From the NCBI GenBank assembly GCA_004431415.1, contig QPMI01000601.1, positions 286,628 through 350,627 on the forward strand: 64,000 nt of DNA. Direction: 5' to 3'. Below the pieces are notes generated by a model, which had not been told where the DNA came from, made no database searches, and was given only the letters and a program-made list of their open reading frames with translations. Source of the stretch: Cyanophora paradoxa CCMP329. Lineage: Eukaryota > Plantae > Glaucophyta. Below, in pieces: positions 47,367-63,866 of the stretch. Within the stretch, counting starts at the first letter, position 1; every line of letters starts with the position of its first letter. The position numbers were made by a program, and so were the translations under genes.

Positions 47367-50288
47367 CTACGAACTGGCGGATCCGGACGCGGAGGCGAGC
47401 GTCTTCCCCTCGCGGGCTAGGTACCGGGCCAGCTTCATCCGGTTGGAGCGCGCGCAGTCGAACTGCGGGTCGATCTGCCGCGCGCGCGGCGTAAGAGGCC
47501 GGGCGGCGGGGCCGAGGCAGGCACGCCGCCGGACCTGGATGGCGCGCGCGAGGCATTGGTCGGCGCTCGCCCACTGCCCCTTGCAGATGTAGAGGAGCGC
47601 CATGTTGTTGTACGCCTGGCGGGGAGAGGGGGGGGGAGGGGGATCAGGGGGGTACAAGCGGGTGCACGGGCTACGGCGCACCTCGGCGAACTCGGGGTCC
47701 AGCTCGATGGCGCGCTGGTACGCCAACTGCGCCTCCGCGAATTGCTCTGCGCGAAAGCGGTCGAACGAAGGGTACGAGTGCAGAGGAGCTGGGGGTAAAG
47801 GGCCGCGCACGACGCTGACGGAAGAGGTTGCCCATGTTGTTGAGGAGGGGCGCGCTCTCCCCGCCCGTCAGGCGCGCCCTGCGCACCCCGGCCATCGGTG
47901 CCGGCCCGGAGCTCGCGAGGGTGCGGCGCACCGCTCGTACAGTTCTTGAGTCTCGTCCACGCGCCCGAGGAGCTGCGTGGCGATGCCTGCGGGGCGCGCT
48001 CGACGGGGCCGGAAGCCAGCAGGGCGGGGCGGGGCGGGGCACCGAGGTTGGACCAGGCGGCCGAGCATTTTATGTCGTGCCGCAGCGCCTGCGGGGGAGT
48101 GAGGCCGCGGCCCGGGCGGCCGGCCGGCGCGCGGAGGTGGTGGTGAAGCGGGCACCTGCTTGAAGCGGTCGTGGGCGTCCTCGTTGTTGCCCTCGGCGAA
48201 CTCGAGGAGGCCGAGCTCGACCCAGGCCGCCGCGTCCGCGGGGTCCGCCTCGAGGGCCGCCGCCACCGCCTCGCGCGCGCTCGCCGCCGACGACTCCACC
48301 GCCTCCTCGTCCCCCGCCGCGTCCAGGTTCGCCCGGTGCAGCTGCGCCCGCCCGCCCGCCTCAGCCGCCGCCGCAGCCGCGCGGGGGCGGGTCGGGCGGG
48401 GCGGGCCAGCGCGAGGCCGACGTTGGCGTCCGCGCGCGTCGCGTCGTCCTCCGTGAGGGGCGCGAGCATCTCCGTCGCCGCCGACGCGCACGCCTCCCTG
48501 CCCGGCCGCCTCAGAGGCGGCTGGCTGGCCCGAGGGCGCCGGCGCCGGCGCACCGGAGCTCCGCCGCCGTCGAGGCGCCGGCCAGCGTCACCGCGAGCAC
48601 GTACCTGCGCCGCCGCCGCCCTGTCGGCCCCAGGCGCGGGGCGAGGCGGGGTGGGGCGGGGGCGGCGGGGATCCGGGGCGCAGAGCGGACCACTTGCCGA
48701 GGTTGAGGCGGACGGCGGGGTCCTCCGGGGACCGCCGGAGGGCCTCCTGGAAGGCTCGCCCGGCCTGCGGCCAGTGCCGGCTGCCCATCCCCACCAGCGC
48801 GCAGCCCAGGTTCACATGGAGGTGCGCCTGCGGGGGGTCAGGGCGGGGCCGGGGCGAGCGCGGCGCGCCCGGCGCGCACAGGGCCGGCGTCCAGAGCTAT
48901 GGCCCGCTCGAAGATCTGCGCCGCGAGGGCGAACTGCGGCGCCCCGTCAGCGGCGCCGTCGCGCGGCTTCTCCCCTGCGGCCCTCACCTGGCGGCGCTTG
49001 AGGAGGGCCACCCCGTAGTTGGAGAGGGCCTCCTGGTGCCCCCGGTCCCGGAAGATGGCCCCCTGCAGGCACGCCTCCGCCGCGTCCAGCTGCTCCCCGG
49101 GGCGCGGCGTCAGGGGCGCGCCCAAGGGCGGCGGGAGGGGTGCCGGCGCGCCTGCGGCGGGTCGTGCTCGAGGTACGCGAGCGCGATGTTGTTCACGGCG
49201 TCCGTGTACTCCGCGTTCAGGCTGCGCGCACCGGCGTGGGCCCGGGAATGGTGCGTTGCGTGCCCGGGCGGCCCCCGCACCTCAGGAAGGGCTGGAAGAC
49301 CTTGCGCGCCGCCTCGGGCTGCGGGGCGGGCCGGCGCCGACCGGCGGACGTCGGAGGCCAGCGGGGCCGGGTGCGGCGAGAGCCGGCCGCACGTTATCAA
49401 TGGCGATGTGCAGGAGGCCGCAGTTGTTCCATATGTCTTTCTGGCTCCCGTCCAACTGCGAGGCTCGGCTCGGCCGGCGTCGCAGGCAGCGACCGGCGCC
49501 GGGGCGCGCGTACCCCGATGGCCTCGACGAAGCGCGCTTGCAGGGCCTGCGCGTGCGGGGCTCGGATTCCGCCGTGGGGGGGCCGCGGGGACGGGGCCAC
49601 CTCGGGGTCGATCTCGGCGGCGGGGTCCGCGAAACGGGCAGCCATCGCGCAGACGACGGAGAGGTTGATGCAGCGCGCCAAGTGGGCCGGCCGGTCCGCG
49701 TTCCTGTCCCGGCATCGGCGCCGCGCAGGGTGCGGGCGCGGCGCAGCGGCGTAGGGGCCCGCACCGCTTCTGGAGGATGCGGGCCGCTCCTTCGAACTCG
49801 TTCTGCGCCTGTGGGCGCGCCTTGAGGGCGGGAAATGGTAAGCGGAGCGGGCGCGACGGACCCTCTGATACTCGCCCAGCCTCAGGAGTGCGAGGCCGAG
49901 GAGAAAGTGGACACGGTAGCTCTTCGGCATAAGCTTCTTCTTCACGTGAGAGAGGGCCTGCGCTCCGGAGCCGCTGACGTCAGCCCCCGAACGCGTCATG
50001 AGAGCAGCTGCGCGCCTGTTTCAGGAGCCTTGCGCGCTCGATCTGCGGGGGCTCTCGGGGGATCTCCTCGGGCTCCGAGCTGCAGATGGCGCGTCAGGAG
50101 TGCGCAGAATCGCGCTACCATAGGCGTAATACCTGGGCGGCGGGCATGCATCGAAAACTGCGCTGCGTGGCGGCGCGTCCGGCCTTTGCAGCGGGGTCAG
50201 AGCGACCGACGGTAGAGCGCCGCAGCGCTGCGGCGACGCACAGGGGCCCCTCATGATCTGAGATGGCTCGTCTCGGCGACGGAAGCAT
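47367..50288 (-). CDS. Tetratricopeptide-repeat (TPR) protein (spliced; start at 50288 or 50147)
   Basis: Repeated TPR units YRVHFLLGLALLRLGEY, IWNNCGLLH, DAVNNIALAY, EALSNYGVALL, HVNLGCAL, AAWVELGLLE, AAWSNLG, LLNNMGNLF, AYQRAIELDPEFAE|AYNNMAL. Confidence 0.85.
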
Positions 50289-50714
50289 GTCGTCCTGGGC
50301 TGCAGCCTCCCCATCGGGCACAGGACGCTGCCAGCCTCGAAGTCAGCCTCGAATCGCAAAGACAGCGCGGGGCCACGATTGCACCCTTTGCCTGACGTTT
50401 GCCTTCGTGGGAGTGAACGCAGAAGTGGGACTGCCTTCGTTTGCCCTCGCTAGGCCCAGCAGCCCGAGGGCGTCGTGGCTGTGCGGCGGCGTGCGCGGAG
50501 CCTCCATCTCTCCTCGTCGCCTTAATTCACCGTGAGCCCGGCGGACCCAGATCGTGCGTGGTTGCGGCACACGATTCCGCGGGAATCGGTGCAGGGGTAC
50601 GGGCAAAGGGGCAGACACTTCGACGAGGAAGGCAGAGGCAGCCCGGCGTAGGCCCAGCCGCCCGCCCGCAGAATTACAGCCGATCGATCGCGAGGAGAAT
50701 AAACGTTGAGCTTG

Positions 50715-52033
50715 ATGCAAGCGATCGGGGCAGCGGGCGGAGGCGAGCTCGCCACGGCGGCAGCGCCGGCTTGCGTCGTCGTGCTGAAAAGGCCCAGGGT
50801 TCGTAGTCTGAGCTATCTGTCTCATTTCAACCCCTCCCTCGCTGATCATCGCCCATCCGGTGTGTTCTCGGCTGGTTTCCGATATCGCAGGGTGCGTTAC
50901 CTGGGGGGTCCTGGGTCGGTGGATCGGTTGATTGATAGCGTGGCTAAGCCGAATATAATGAAATGAGAGCGCGCGCTTGGACCACCCGTTAATCTTGTTT
51001 ATCTCGGACCAGGCCGCCCCCCGAAGGACCCGGCAAAGCGGGCCGCAAGGCTGCAGGCTATGCTGGCGGAGGCTGCGAAGACCCAACCCATCAACCTCGC
51101 GGGGGAAGTCAATGTGCGTTCGACTTCACTGCCATACCGGTCACGTCCTGCCTCTGACCGCTGTCCTCGGCTGCGTCTCCACAGGCTAGCCTCGTCACTA
51201 CTGAGCGCAAGAGACGCGGGCGACCTCCGAAACACGTGAAGTTGGTGAGGCTGGCGCCGAGTCAAGCTGTTGGTGGCGCCCCGGAGATCGTAGCCGAATC
51301 GGCACGGGAGGCAAGGAAGAAGCCTTCAGCTGCGTCGAGCTCCGGCGATGAGCCTTCAAGCGCTGTATCGCGGGCCGAGCGCCCCAGCCGGCGGCGCCCG
51401 GCCCCGATCGAGCCAGTCATACGGCCCAAGCGCGCGCGCCGCGCACCGAAATGGGCCCACGGCACAGAGAGTGCGGATGAGGAAGTCCCGACGAAGGTGT
51501 GCCTACCAACCCCGGAATGCTTGGCGCCTCGTGATTCGTGACGCCGCCGCCCTCAGGCCGCTCCCTCGGACCAGTCGGAGGACCACGTGTCCGACTCGGA
51601 GATCGAGGATCTGCACGCCGACGATGACGAAGACGCATCGGAGGCCGGGGACGCGGACGAGTACGCGTCCGTCCCCTCCGCCCCGGCGGACGTGCTCCTC
51701 TCCCTCGCCTCGTTCGCCGGCTCCCTCCGTGCGCGCCTCCATTCCTTTTCTTTTGTATCCCGCAGCTGAACGCTCCGCCACAGGTGACCGGGCGCCCCCG
51801 GCTATCCAGCTGGTGGATGACGCGAAGCTGTCGCCGGTCCCCTCCATGGGTGTCCCGTCGTCGACCTGCAGCGGCAGCCTCCTCTCCAGCCCGTCTCTCG
51901 TAACGCGGTGCGCCGCCCGCCCGCTCTTAGGACCGCCTCTCCTGCTGACGTTGCCTCCTGCAGAACGATGAAGCGCTCGGACTCGTGGCTGAAGATCACA
52001 CTTATGGCCCCCCACTCTATCGGCGCCTGCTGA
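50715..52033 (+). CDS. AT-hook, acidic low-complexity nuclear protein (spliced; start uncertain)
   Basis: Five GT-AG introns give a continuous frame including ERKRRGRPPK, RPKRARRAPKW, acidic DSEIEDLHADDDED and ADVLLSLAS, ending MKRSDSWLKITLMAPHSIGAC*. Confidence 0.6.
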
Positions 52034-52948
52034 GCCACGGAGCCAACGCCACGCGGCAGAAACGTCGCCTCAAGAGCATCCTTTTCAACAGATGCGTGTA
52101 CGTATACCACAGTTTTTCAAGGCAACCCGCAGCAATTTCAGCGGGTCTAGTTTTCGCAGAGAGCAATTTTGATCTTTATCCTCTATTTCCGTAGGCCGGA
52201 TGGCTACGTATGTACTAGGACCTGGGCTGGGTAGGGGTTCGGGTAGTGGGTTCCTTCTTCCATTATTCTGGAAGCAGTCGTCTTTCAAGAAAGTTTTGTG
52301 TATCAGAGTAGCTAGCTAATTCTTGTCAGGTCACAGTGCAGTAAATTGGCGCATCCTCGGCCATTTTGTGCGCATTCAGCGCAATTTTGCAGGCCCCTCG
52401 CGTTCGGTTTCTCGCAGTTTTGATCTCGATATCGATCCATATCATTGGCAGTCTCCAAGACGCAGTCCTTTGAGAGATTTTGTGTGTTTCTTTTGAGCCG
52501 TTTGCGTAAAGCTCAGACGCGCGCCGCCATGATCCAGCCAAGTCTGTGCCTAGGCCTGAGATCAAATGAGACACAAGCACTTCAAAATCGATAGCTAGCT
52601 AGATCTGCCACGCCAGGCTAGCTCGAGCTCGCGGGGCACGCGTACGGCTGGCCACAGGCAGAGCTGCGTGTGCAATGGCCTATAGCTACAGCTAGGACCG
52701 CAAGCGCGCGCCAGCATGCATCTGCGTATACGTAAACGGTGTATGCATATACGTCGTACAAGCGAGTCCCTAGCCTAATAGGCCTGCGGACTCTCCGGGA
52801 GCAGGATCTGTGAGTGGCCTTGCAGCTTGGGTTCTTCAGGCTTCAAGGCGTGAGGGTGATCGCATATAAGGCCGATATACGATGCAGCTACAGCGCAAAC
52901 GCTGCAAACTAGCCAAGTCAGGCGGCTCTGTCCTAGGCAGCGCCGGCG

Positions 52949-52964
52949 GTTCGAGAAGTTTGAC
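52949..52964. promoter_or_regulatory. Possible heat-shock element upstream of polyubiquitin
   Basis: gTTCgaGAAgtTTg (two perfect units and one imperfect nGAAn unit) about 150 nt upstream of the ATG; TTCTAGAA also occurs in intron 1 near 53241. Polyubiquitin genes are commonly heat-inducible. Confidence 0.3.
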
Positions 52965-53013
52965 CGGAAAAAAGTCCAAAGCGGCCAGTTCGCAACAGGT
53001 CCGAGTCGGGTGA

Positions 53014-56206
<3,193 letters not shown>

Positions 56207-56565
56207 ACAGGGACCTGTACACTGTTTCGATGGGCCAGCGTTATGACTTCTTTCAAGCTGAAGGAGCCGTTGCTTGCTCCTCGTGTAATTCTGATGTGCA
56301 GTATCCTGTATAGCAAATTGTATTGGGGCTGAGATGATGGTGCATGGTGGCTTTCGCTCATTCCGACACCATTGGGGCGTGCATCAAGGAGAAGCTGAAG
56401 GGGCCCTTCAGAGGCCCGGGGAGCGACATTAGTTTACATCGGAACTCTAGCTGTAGCTACGTATACGTTAGATTTAATGGCTAGCTAGCTATAGTATTGT
56501 CTACGCGACAGATTGTGTGCGATTTCCTGGCCATGGGGCCCTCAAGCCAAGTGGCGTCGCGCCGC

Positions 56566-59019
56566 CTACAGTTTCCGGCCCTGCTGCGTGCTGCCGCCGC
56601 TCGGGGGCCGGATTCGCGGCAGCTCGACCGGCTGTGTCAGGACCGTTTCCTGCGCGCGGCGGGCGCCGGCGTCAGGAGGTCGAGGCGGGGGCGAACTTCG
56701 ATCCGTGCGGGGCGGACCCAGTCAATCTGCATCTTCTTCGAGACGCGGAAAGGCGGCGCCTTGTGCGTGCGGCTGAGGATGCGCAGCCCCTCGAGCATCT
56801 CCGCGCGGGCCTGCAGAGGCGTTTAAATTCGTCTGCGGGCCCGCGGGCTGCGCGGCAGGCTCGCCTCGGCCTCGGAGAGGAGCGGCGGCGGCGGCTCGCC
56901 CTTGTCCTTCTCCGTGGGCGCAACGTGCCTGCGCGCCCGGCGTCAGGGACGCACCGCCCGACCGCGGGTATGCTAGGCGGTGCGCACTGGCGGAGGCCCT
57001 CCATGATGATGCGGGAGTAGGCGGCGCCGTCCTTGACGAACTCGCTCCGCGCCATGTCGAGGTTGCTCGCCGTCACCAGCCCGTAGCACGCCGCGCACAC
57101 CTGCGGGGGCAAGCGCGCGGCCCGCTCGGCGCGAGGCTCGCGCTCGGGGGGCTCGATGGCGCGCACGGGGGCCTTGCGGAGCATGAACTCGGCGCGGGTG
57201 CGCTGCCGCAGGTACTCCTCGCGCGAGAGCTGCGGGTTGAGCCGCTGGATGAGGGGCGGCACGTCCCCGGCGCCCCCGCCGGCCTCCCCCGCGCCGCCCG
57301 TCTTGTCCAGCCCCGTCTTGTCCGCCGACTGCGCGGCGGCGTCAGCGCCAGGCGGGACTACGCACAGCTGCGGGCCGGCCCGGACCAGCGTGGAGTAGTT
57401 GGCGGTGCCGGGGCCGGCGCCGCCGGGGCCGCCCGAGGCGGGGCCCTGGGCCTTGGAGGCGGCGGGGCCGGCCTCGGGCTCCTCCTCCTCGGCGGCGGAG
57501 GCGGCGCCCGGGTCGAAGGAGAGGGCGAGGACCTTGCGGATGAGGCTCCCGCGCGACATCGACCGCATGAGCGCCCGCGTCGCCGGCGGCACCCCGGGGC
57601 CCCCCAGCGACGCCCCCGACGGCGGCACGCTCACCCCCCCGCGGCTCGGCACCCGTGACTGCGCGCGCCGCCGCCTCGGCCTCGGCGGGGGCGCGGGGCG
57701 GGGCGGCGAGCGGGCGGCGGGCGGGGCGCACGGGGCCGGCGGTGCCGGGGGCGCTGGCCTCGCCGAGGGCGGCCGTGCTCGGGTGCCGGCTGCTCTCCGG
57801 CGTCGTGATCGACTTGCGGTGGTTCTGCCGCCCCGCCCCGCCCCCTCAGCGGCGCGGGGGCGGCGCGGGGGCGGCGCGGAGCGGGGCGGCGGCCTTCTCG
57901 CCGTGGTGCTCGTGGGCCAGCGACGCGGTGTACATCGCCTGCCGCGCGATGAGCGACATCCGCCGCGGCTTCCCGAACTGCCCGCCCCGCCCCGTCAGCA
58001 GCGCCCGGCGGGTGGCGGCGGGAGGAGCGCGGGCCTTCTTGCCGGCGAACTCGCCGCCGGGGTTCTGGCCCTGCTGCAGCTGCGGCGTCGAGTGCCGCAG
58101 GTGCGCCGGCACGTGGCCCAGAGCAGCAGCGCCGGGCTGCCCCGCCGTCAGCCCACGGGCCCCGCGCGCCCCGCGGCGCGGCGCGGGGCGGGAGGGCCGG
58201 CGCGCCTGTGCTGCGGGTGCGCCTCCGCCGACTGGCGCGCGGCCGCCGGGGCCGGCGCCTCCCTGGGTGCAGGATCCTCGTGAGGTTCCCGACGCGCCAC
58301 CGCTCGCGCCGGCGGCGCTCCTCCTCGAGCGCGGCGGCGGCGGCGGCGGCCTCGGCGGCGGCGTGCGCCTCGGCGAGGCGAGGGCGGCGGCGGCCGCCTC
58401 CTCCTCGCGGCGGCGCTGGCGCGAGGGGGCGCGACTGCTGTTCCCGCGCGACGAGTTGCGGGACTGGTCGCGGCTGAGGATGGAGCGGGAGGCCTCGCGG
58501 CTGAGGAGGCCCCCGCGCTGGCCCCGCGGCGGCGTCAGCCGCTCCCGCTCGCCCTGGGGCGACGGCGGCTGCAGCGACGGCGTCGAGAGCCTCCTCGCCG
58601 CCTGCCGCCGGCCGCCGGCCGCTCAGCGGAGGGCCCCGCGCCGGGGGGACACGGGCGGGGGCGGACGGACCTCGGTGGCGGGCTCGGGGTGGTCGGGCGC
58701 GAGGGCGCCGTACCTGCTGATGGCGATGGAGAGCGAGGCGGAGCCGGCGGTGGAGAGCAGCAGGCCCTCCAGGCCGCCCCCGCTCCCCGCCGTCGACTCC
58801 AGCTCGGGGGCCGGCGCGGGGGCGGCCCCCGGCCCCTCGGGCAGCTCCCCGAGCCGCGAGGAGGAGGAGAGGCGCGAGGAGGAGCGCCCCGGCGACTTCG
58901 CGCCCCTGCCGCCCCCGGTCAGAGGGGCGGGGCGGGGCGAGCAAGGCCGCCGCGCGCCTGCGCTTGCCCCCGCGCCGCTTCTTGCCTCCTCCTCCGGCGC
59001 CGGAGGCGGCAGCGTCGCC

Positions 59020-59092
<73 letters not shown>

Positions 59093-61417
59093 GGGGGCGC
59101 GTCGAGGAGGGGGACGTCGGGGTGATCGAGGGCGGGGTCGGGGGCCCAGTCGGAGGCGGAGCGGGGCGAGGCGGCGGAGTGCGGGGAGTGCGGGGAGGCC
59201 CCCGGGGAGGAGGGCGAGGCCGCGACGAGCGACCGCCGGTGCTTGCGGTGCCCCTGCGCCGCCGTCAGCCGCCTTCGCCGCGCGCGGCCGCGGGGCGCCG
59301 AGCGGCGCACGGGACCCGAGGAGGGCTGGGGGACGCTGGGCTCCCACGCGAGCGCTCCGCGCGGCGTCAGCTCCCGCGGGTCGCTCTGCCCCGCCCGCCC
59401 GCGCGGTCGGCCGGCCGCGCGGCGCGTGCGAGGGGCCCCGGGCATGAGCGGGGGGCGGGGCGCGCCTGGGTGCCGTGGTAGCGGAGGAACGCCCGCCGCT
59501 CACTGGCGCGGTGCGCCGCGAAGAAGGCCGCGTACTCGCCGTACCCTACCTCGTGGCGGTCCGCCTGGGGGTACACGATCCGGCAGCGCGGGCACTCGAA
59601 GTAGTGGCTCGTGAAGAGCGACGCCGAGAACCCGGGCTCCTGCGCAATGCTTAGAGCAGGCGTGGCGGAGCGGTGCGGGGCGGGGCGGGGGGCGGCGCCT
59701 TCGTTTGGGCCGTGCGGAGAGCGGCGGTGCCGGTGCCGAGGTCGACGGGGGCGCGCGGGGGCGACTTGGCGCGCGCGGGGGAGGCCCCGCCCGCCCCCGT
59801 CTTCGCCGTCCTCTCCGTGAGGGCCGGCGCCGGGGCGGGCAGGGCCGGCGGGGGCGGCTCCCCCGCGTTCAGGCCCCCGACGCGCAGGCTCGAGCACCAG
59901 AGGAAGACCTGTGGGGCGGGGCGGGTTCAGGCGGGGTGGGGCCCGGGGCTGGCGTGGGCGGGGCGGCGCGCCATCTGGCCCCGCTCGTCCATCTTGTAGT
60001 TGCAAACGAGCCTCGTGATCTGCCGGCGGGGCGGGCCGCTCGGGGAGAGGAGGGAGGGAGAGAGGGGGCGGGGGGCGCGGGGGCGGGGGCGGACGTCGTG
60101 GTGGTGGGGCCGGCCGGCCCGCACGTGGGCGACGAGGTCGCGGCAGAGGTCCAGCGTGACGCGGTACATCTTGTTCTTCTCGGGGATCTTGACGTACTGG
60201 AAGAGGTGCTCCGGCGCGTCGAACGTCGCCGCTGCGCCCCGCCGAGGGCGTGAGGGCGTGAGGGGGGCGCGGGGCCCCGGGAGGGGTAGAGGCAGGCCCG
60301 CGCACCGCGGTCGTAGATGTCCACGCGCTTGTTCGCGAGGGGGTTCACGTTCGTCGCCCGCTCCATCATGCAGACCTGCGGTACCCCCCTCGCGGCGTCG
60401 GGAGGGGCCTTTCTGGTGCACGGCTCCGGGATGGCGGGGGTACGGCACCTGCGGGCTCCACGTGACGCGCACGATGAAGTTGTGCTCGCTGCACGGGGGG
60501 CTGAGACGGCGCAGCCAAGGGGGAAGTGGTAGAAGGAAAATAGGTGTGGGCACCCCCTGGGCTCGACGAAGCGCTGGAGGATGCCGTCGTTGATCTTGTT
60601 GCGGGCGAAGAGGAACTCGTTCAGGCCCGCCTCCGTCAGGTACTCGATCGTGAAGCTCTGCGGCCCGCACGCCGCTCGGCGGGGCGGCGGGGCGCGGCGG
60701 GCGCGCGGTGGGGGCGGGGCAGGGCGGGGCAGGGCAGGGCGCACGCGGCCCGTCGCGGTCTGGATCGGCTGCACGTACTGCGCGACCACCTCACACTTCC
60801 GGCGCCCCTCCATGAAGACCTGCCGCCCGCCCGGCCTGAGCGGGGCGGGACGGGGCGCGCGCCGCGGGACTAGGCGGCTACCTCAAAGATCCTAGCATCT
60901 GCGGCGCGGCGGAGGAGGGATGTCAGCGCGGCGCGGCTCGGCGGCGCCCCGCTGGGCCCTGCGGGCGCACTTCTGACTTCGCTCTTGGGTTTGGCTACCA
61001 GGCTTCTCGAGTCCTTGTCCCATGTGTACCACTCGGCCTGCATGGCAGCACTCAGTCGGGGCGTGGCAGAAAGGCGCGGCAGATGCGCCGCACGGGCTGC
61101 CGGTACTTGTAGACCTGTGAGGAACGCGAGCTTAGCTACCGGCGGCGGGGGGCGGCGGCACGCTTCCAACGCACCACTGTGTCCGGTAGGATGCACCCCG
61201 GACAGGAATCGCCGGTATCGGGGTTCTCTAGGGTCAGGTACGCGTATAGCGACGCAACCAGCCCGTCGCCTTCCCCGCTGCGGGCGGGTCAGTCGGCCCA
61301 GATAGCTCGTGCGCGGTGGCCGCACCCCAGCACGGGCAGCGAGGACATCGCGCTCCGCGTCCCAGTTTGCTTCTTAGCACGTACCCCGCTTTGCGGCTTG
61401 CGTTCGAAAGCTTCCAT
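56566..61417 (-). CDS. Large uncharacterised protein: structured N-terminal domain, CxxC, poly-Q/low-complexity middle, CxxC C-terminal domain (spliced)
   Basis: Exons GEGDGLVASLYAYL..CPGCILPDTV, EWYTWDK, FTIEYLTEAGLNEFLF..DGILQRFVEPRG|EHNFIVRVTWSPQ|VCMMERATN..DIYDR, ITRLVCNYKMD..VFLWCSSLRV, FECPRC, VPPLIQRLNP..EFM..VCAACY. It resembles an unnamed family I recall from flagellated protists. Confidence 0.7.
59023..59088 (-). repeat. Pure (CAG)22 encoding poly-glutamine
   Basis: (CTG)22 on the + strand, in frame as HQ22EG on the - strand. Confidence 0.95.
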
Positions 61418-61655
61418 TCCACCCCCCCTACTCCCCCCTACGTAACGTAACGAAGTTCAGCTCGAGGGTCCGCCGGGTTGGCGCGCACCTTCCGTCCACG
61501 CGCCTCGCACGCGTACGCGGCGCGGAACTAGGCGTTACCGGTTGTAAGGCTGCTGCACTGAGAAAAGCTGCAGCAGACGAGCAGCCCGGAGCTTCCGAAG
61601 TTCGCACGGGCTTTGAGCTGGCGCAGGGCTAATTCTGTGATCCCAGCAGTAGTAA

Positions 61656-61679
61656 CAGCAGCAGCAGCAGCAGCAGCAG
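61656..61679. repeat. (CAG)8 microsatellite in a divergent intergenic or 5' region
   Basis: Directly visible. Confidence 0.9.
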
Positions 61680-61916
61680 CACGCGCGAACGACGCCGTAA
61701 CGCATAGAAGAGCCCAGCCGTGAACACATCCCGCACCGCGACTCGTGGTCCGCGAGGCTCGAGCTCTGGACGGTTGACCGGAAGGAACCGGATGCGTCGA
61801 CCGCGGGGACAGCGGCGAGACCCTGAGAGGTTTTCCCGCCCGCTCTGAGTGCTCCAGTCGAAGACAGGCTCGGAGAGCGGACGCTAGCTATACGGCGCGT
61901 CGGGCTCGGCGGCGGG

Positions 61917-63835
61917 ATGCGGCCTGACGACGCACGGCGGGCCGAGGCGCCGCCGGGCCTCGCTGATCGCTCGGCCCTCCCCGTCGCTCTCCAGCGGCCC
62001 GGGGCGGCGCCCGCTGAGTTCAAGGCAGTCCAGATCAGCCTCCTGCGCCGCGCGCGCGCCCGTGAGCCGAGGCCCCGCCCGCCGGCCCGCCGCCGCCGGG
62101 AGCTGACGGGCGGGCAGGGCCCGGGGAGTGGGAGCGGGTGCGGCCAGTGCTGGAGCCGTCGGGGGCGGCGACGGCGCTCTTCTTCGACGTGGCGCCCAAC
62201 GAGGAGCTGAAGCTGCGGCTCCCGGACCCCCGCGGCGGCGAGGCCCCGCCCTGGGCCGGCGCCCGCGTCGCCCTCGCCCTCGCCCCCGTCCTCGCCGGCG
62301 TCCGCGTGCGCAGTACCCCGCCTGCGCTGCCCCGCACCCGCGTAACGCCCGCCGCAGCAAGCGACGGCGACCGAGCTCGTCATGCCCCTGGGGAGAAATG
62401 CGCGCCTGCACCCCTGCCCCTCCTCCTGTACCCCCTCCGCACCCGATCCCGGCCTGACGCGGCGCAGGGGGACAGCGCCGAGTCGTTCGCCTTCGACGCG
62501 CCACCCAACGCGCAGGCCGAGGCGGGCCCCGCGCCCCGCGCGCCCCCACGGGCGGCGCCTGACCAACCGGGCGGGCGCAGATGGTCTCCTCGTGGCTGGA
62601 GCCGGCGTACGGGCCGCTAGGGCGCGACCGCGTCCTCCTCCGCTTCTCCCTGCCCCCCGTCGACCCCCCGCCCAGGCGCAAGCGGCCGGCCGGCGAGGCG
62701 CCCGCCCCGGGCGGCAAGCGCGCCCCCGCAGCCCCGCTCCCGCCCTTCCGGCCCTCGCAGGACCCTCTGCCCCCCGCGCCCCCTCTGCCCCTCCTCTGCC
62801 CCTCCCCCGGCACCCCCGCTCCCCAACACCGTGCCCTCCCGCTCCTGGCACCCGCTGCCCCCGCGAAGGAGCCGGCGCCGGCCCCGCTCCTACCCCCAAC
62901 CCCCCCAACCCCCGCCGCCGCTCTGGGACCTCCTCCACCACGCCGGCCGGCCGGCCCCCTCGTTCCCCGTCCCGCCCGCCGCCCCTCGAGCACCTCGCCG
63001 CCGGCGGCCCGAAGGCGCCGTCGCCCCCCGCCCCGACCTTCCTCGAGGGGCCGACCCCCTCGCCGCCCACGCCTCCCCCCGGCCCTCAGCGCCTCCCTCA
63101 GCGCCTCCTCGGGCAGCCGCGCCCCCTCTCGCCCCAGCTCGTGCCCCACTACTTCGCCGAGTCCCTCGTCCAGGTCACCCCCTCACTTCTTCCCCCCCTC
63201 GCTTACCCCCCCCCCCCTCCCACCCCCGCTTACCCCCTTCCTGCCTCAGACGTTCTCGGACCTGAACATCTCGTCCCCCCCGGAGGACGAGGGGGAGCAG
63301 ACGGTGCACCGCATCCTCCTCTGTGCGCCCCCTTCCCCGCCCCCGCCCGTGGAAGAGGCCGCCCCGGGGTTCGACGCGGGGCGGGCCGCAGGGGACGTTC
63401 CGGAGGACCCCACGTCCCCCAACCTCTCCCTCGCCGCCCCGCCCTACCTCCTTGGGGCCGAAGTGCGCTGTGCCCCCATCGTTGCCCCGGGGCCGGCGCG
63501 GCGGCCGACGCGGGGCCGCAGGTGAGCTCGAGCGAGCAGAGCCCGCAGCTCCTCGAGCTCGCCTCGCCGTCCGTGGCCCCCCGCCTTGCCGCCACCCCGC
63601 CCCCCCGCCCGAGACGGCCCGCGCAGGGACATGTCCGCGCTCGGCGACTGCCTCTCGTGGTGCGCCCGCCGCCGCCCTCCAGCCGCCCGTCGCCCTTCCC
63701 GCGGCCCGCCGAGCTCACGAGCTCCCCCGCTCCGCCAGGGACCCGGCCGGCCCGCCGTCCTTCCAGTTCCGCAGCGACGAGGAGCGCCGCGCCTTCGCCC
63801 AGCGCGTCGAGGACGTGCGCGCCCGTACCCCCGCC

Positions 63836-63866
<31 letters not shown>

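Noticed and set aside
63839-63866. Long poly-C tract (and G-runs near 22573 and 25870) as a functional G-quadruplex element
   Set aside because: Lies in C-rich introns typical of the whole window; homopolymer length is unreliable in assemblies.
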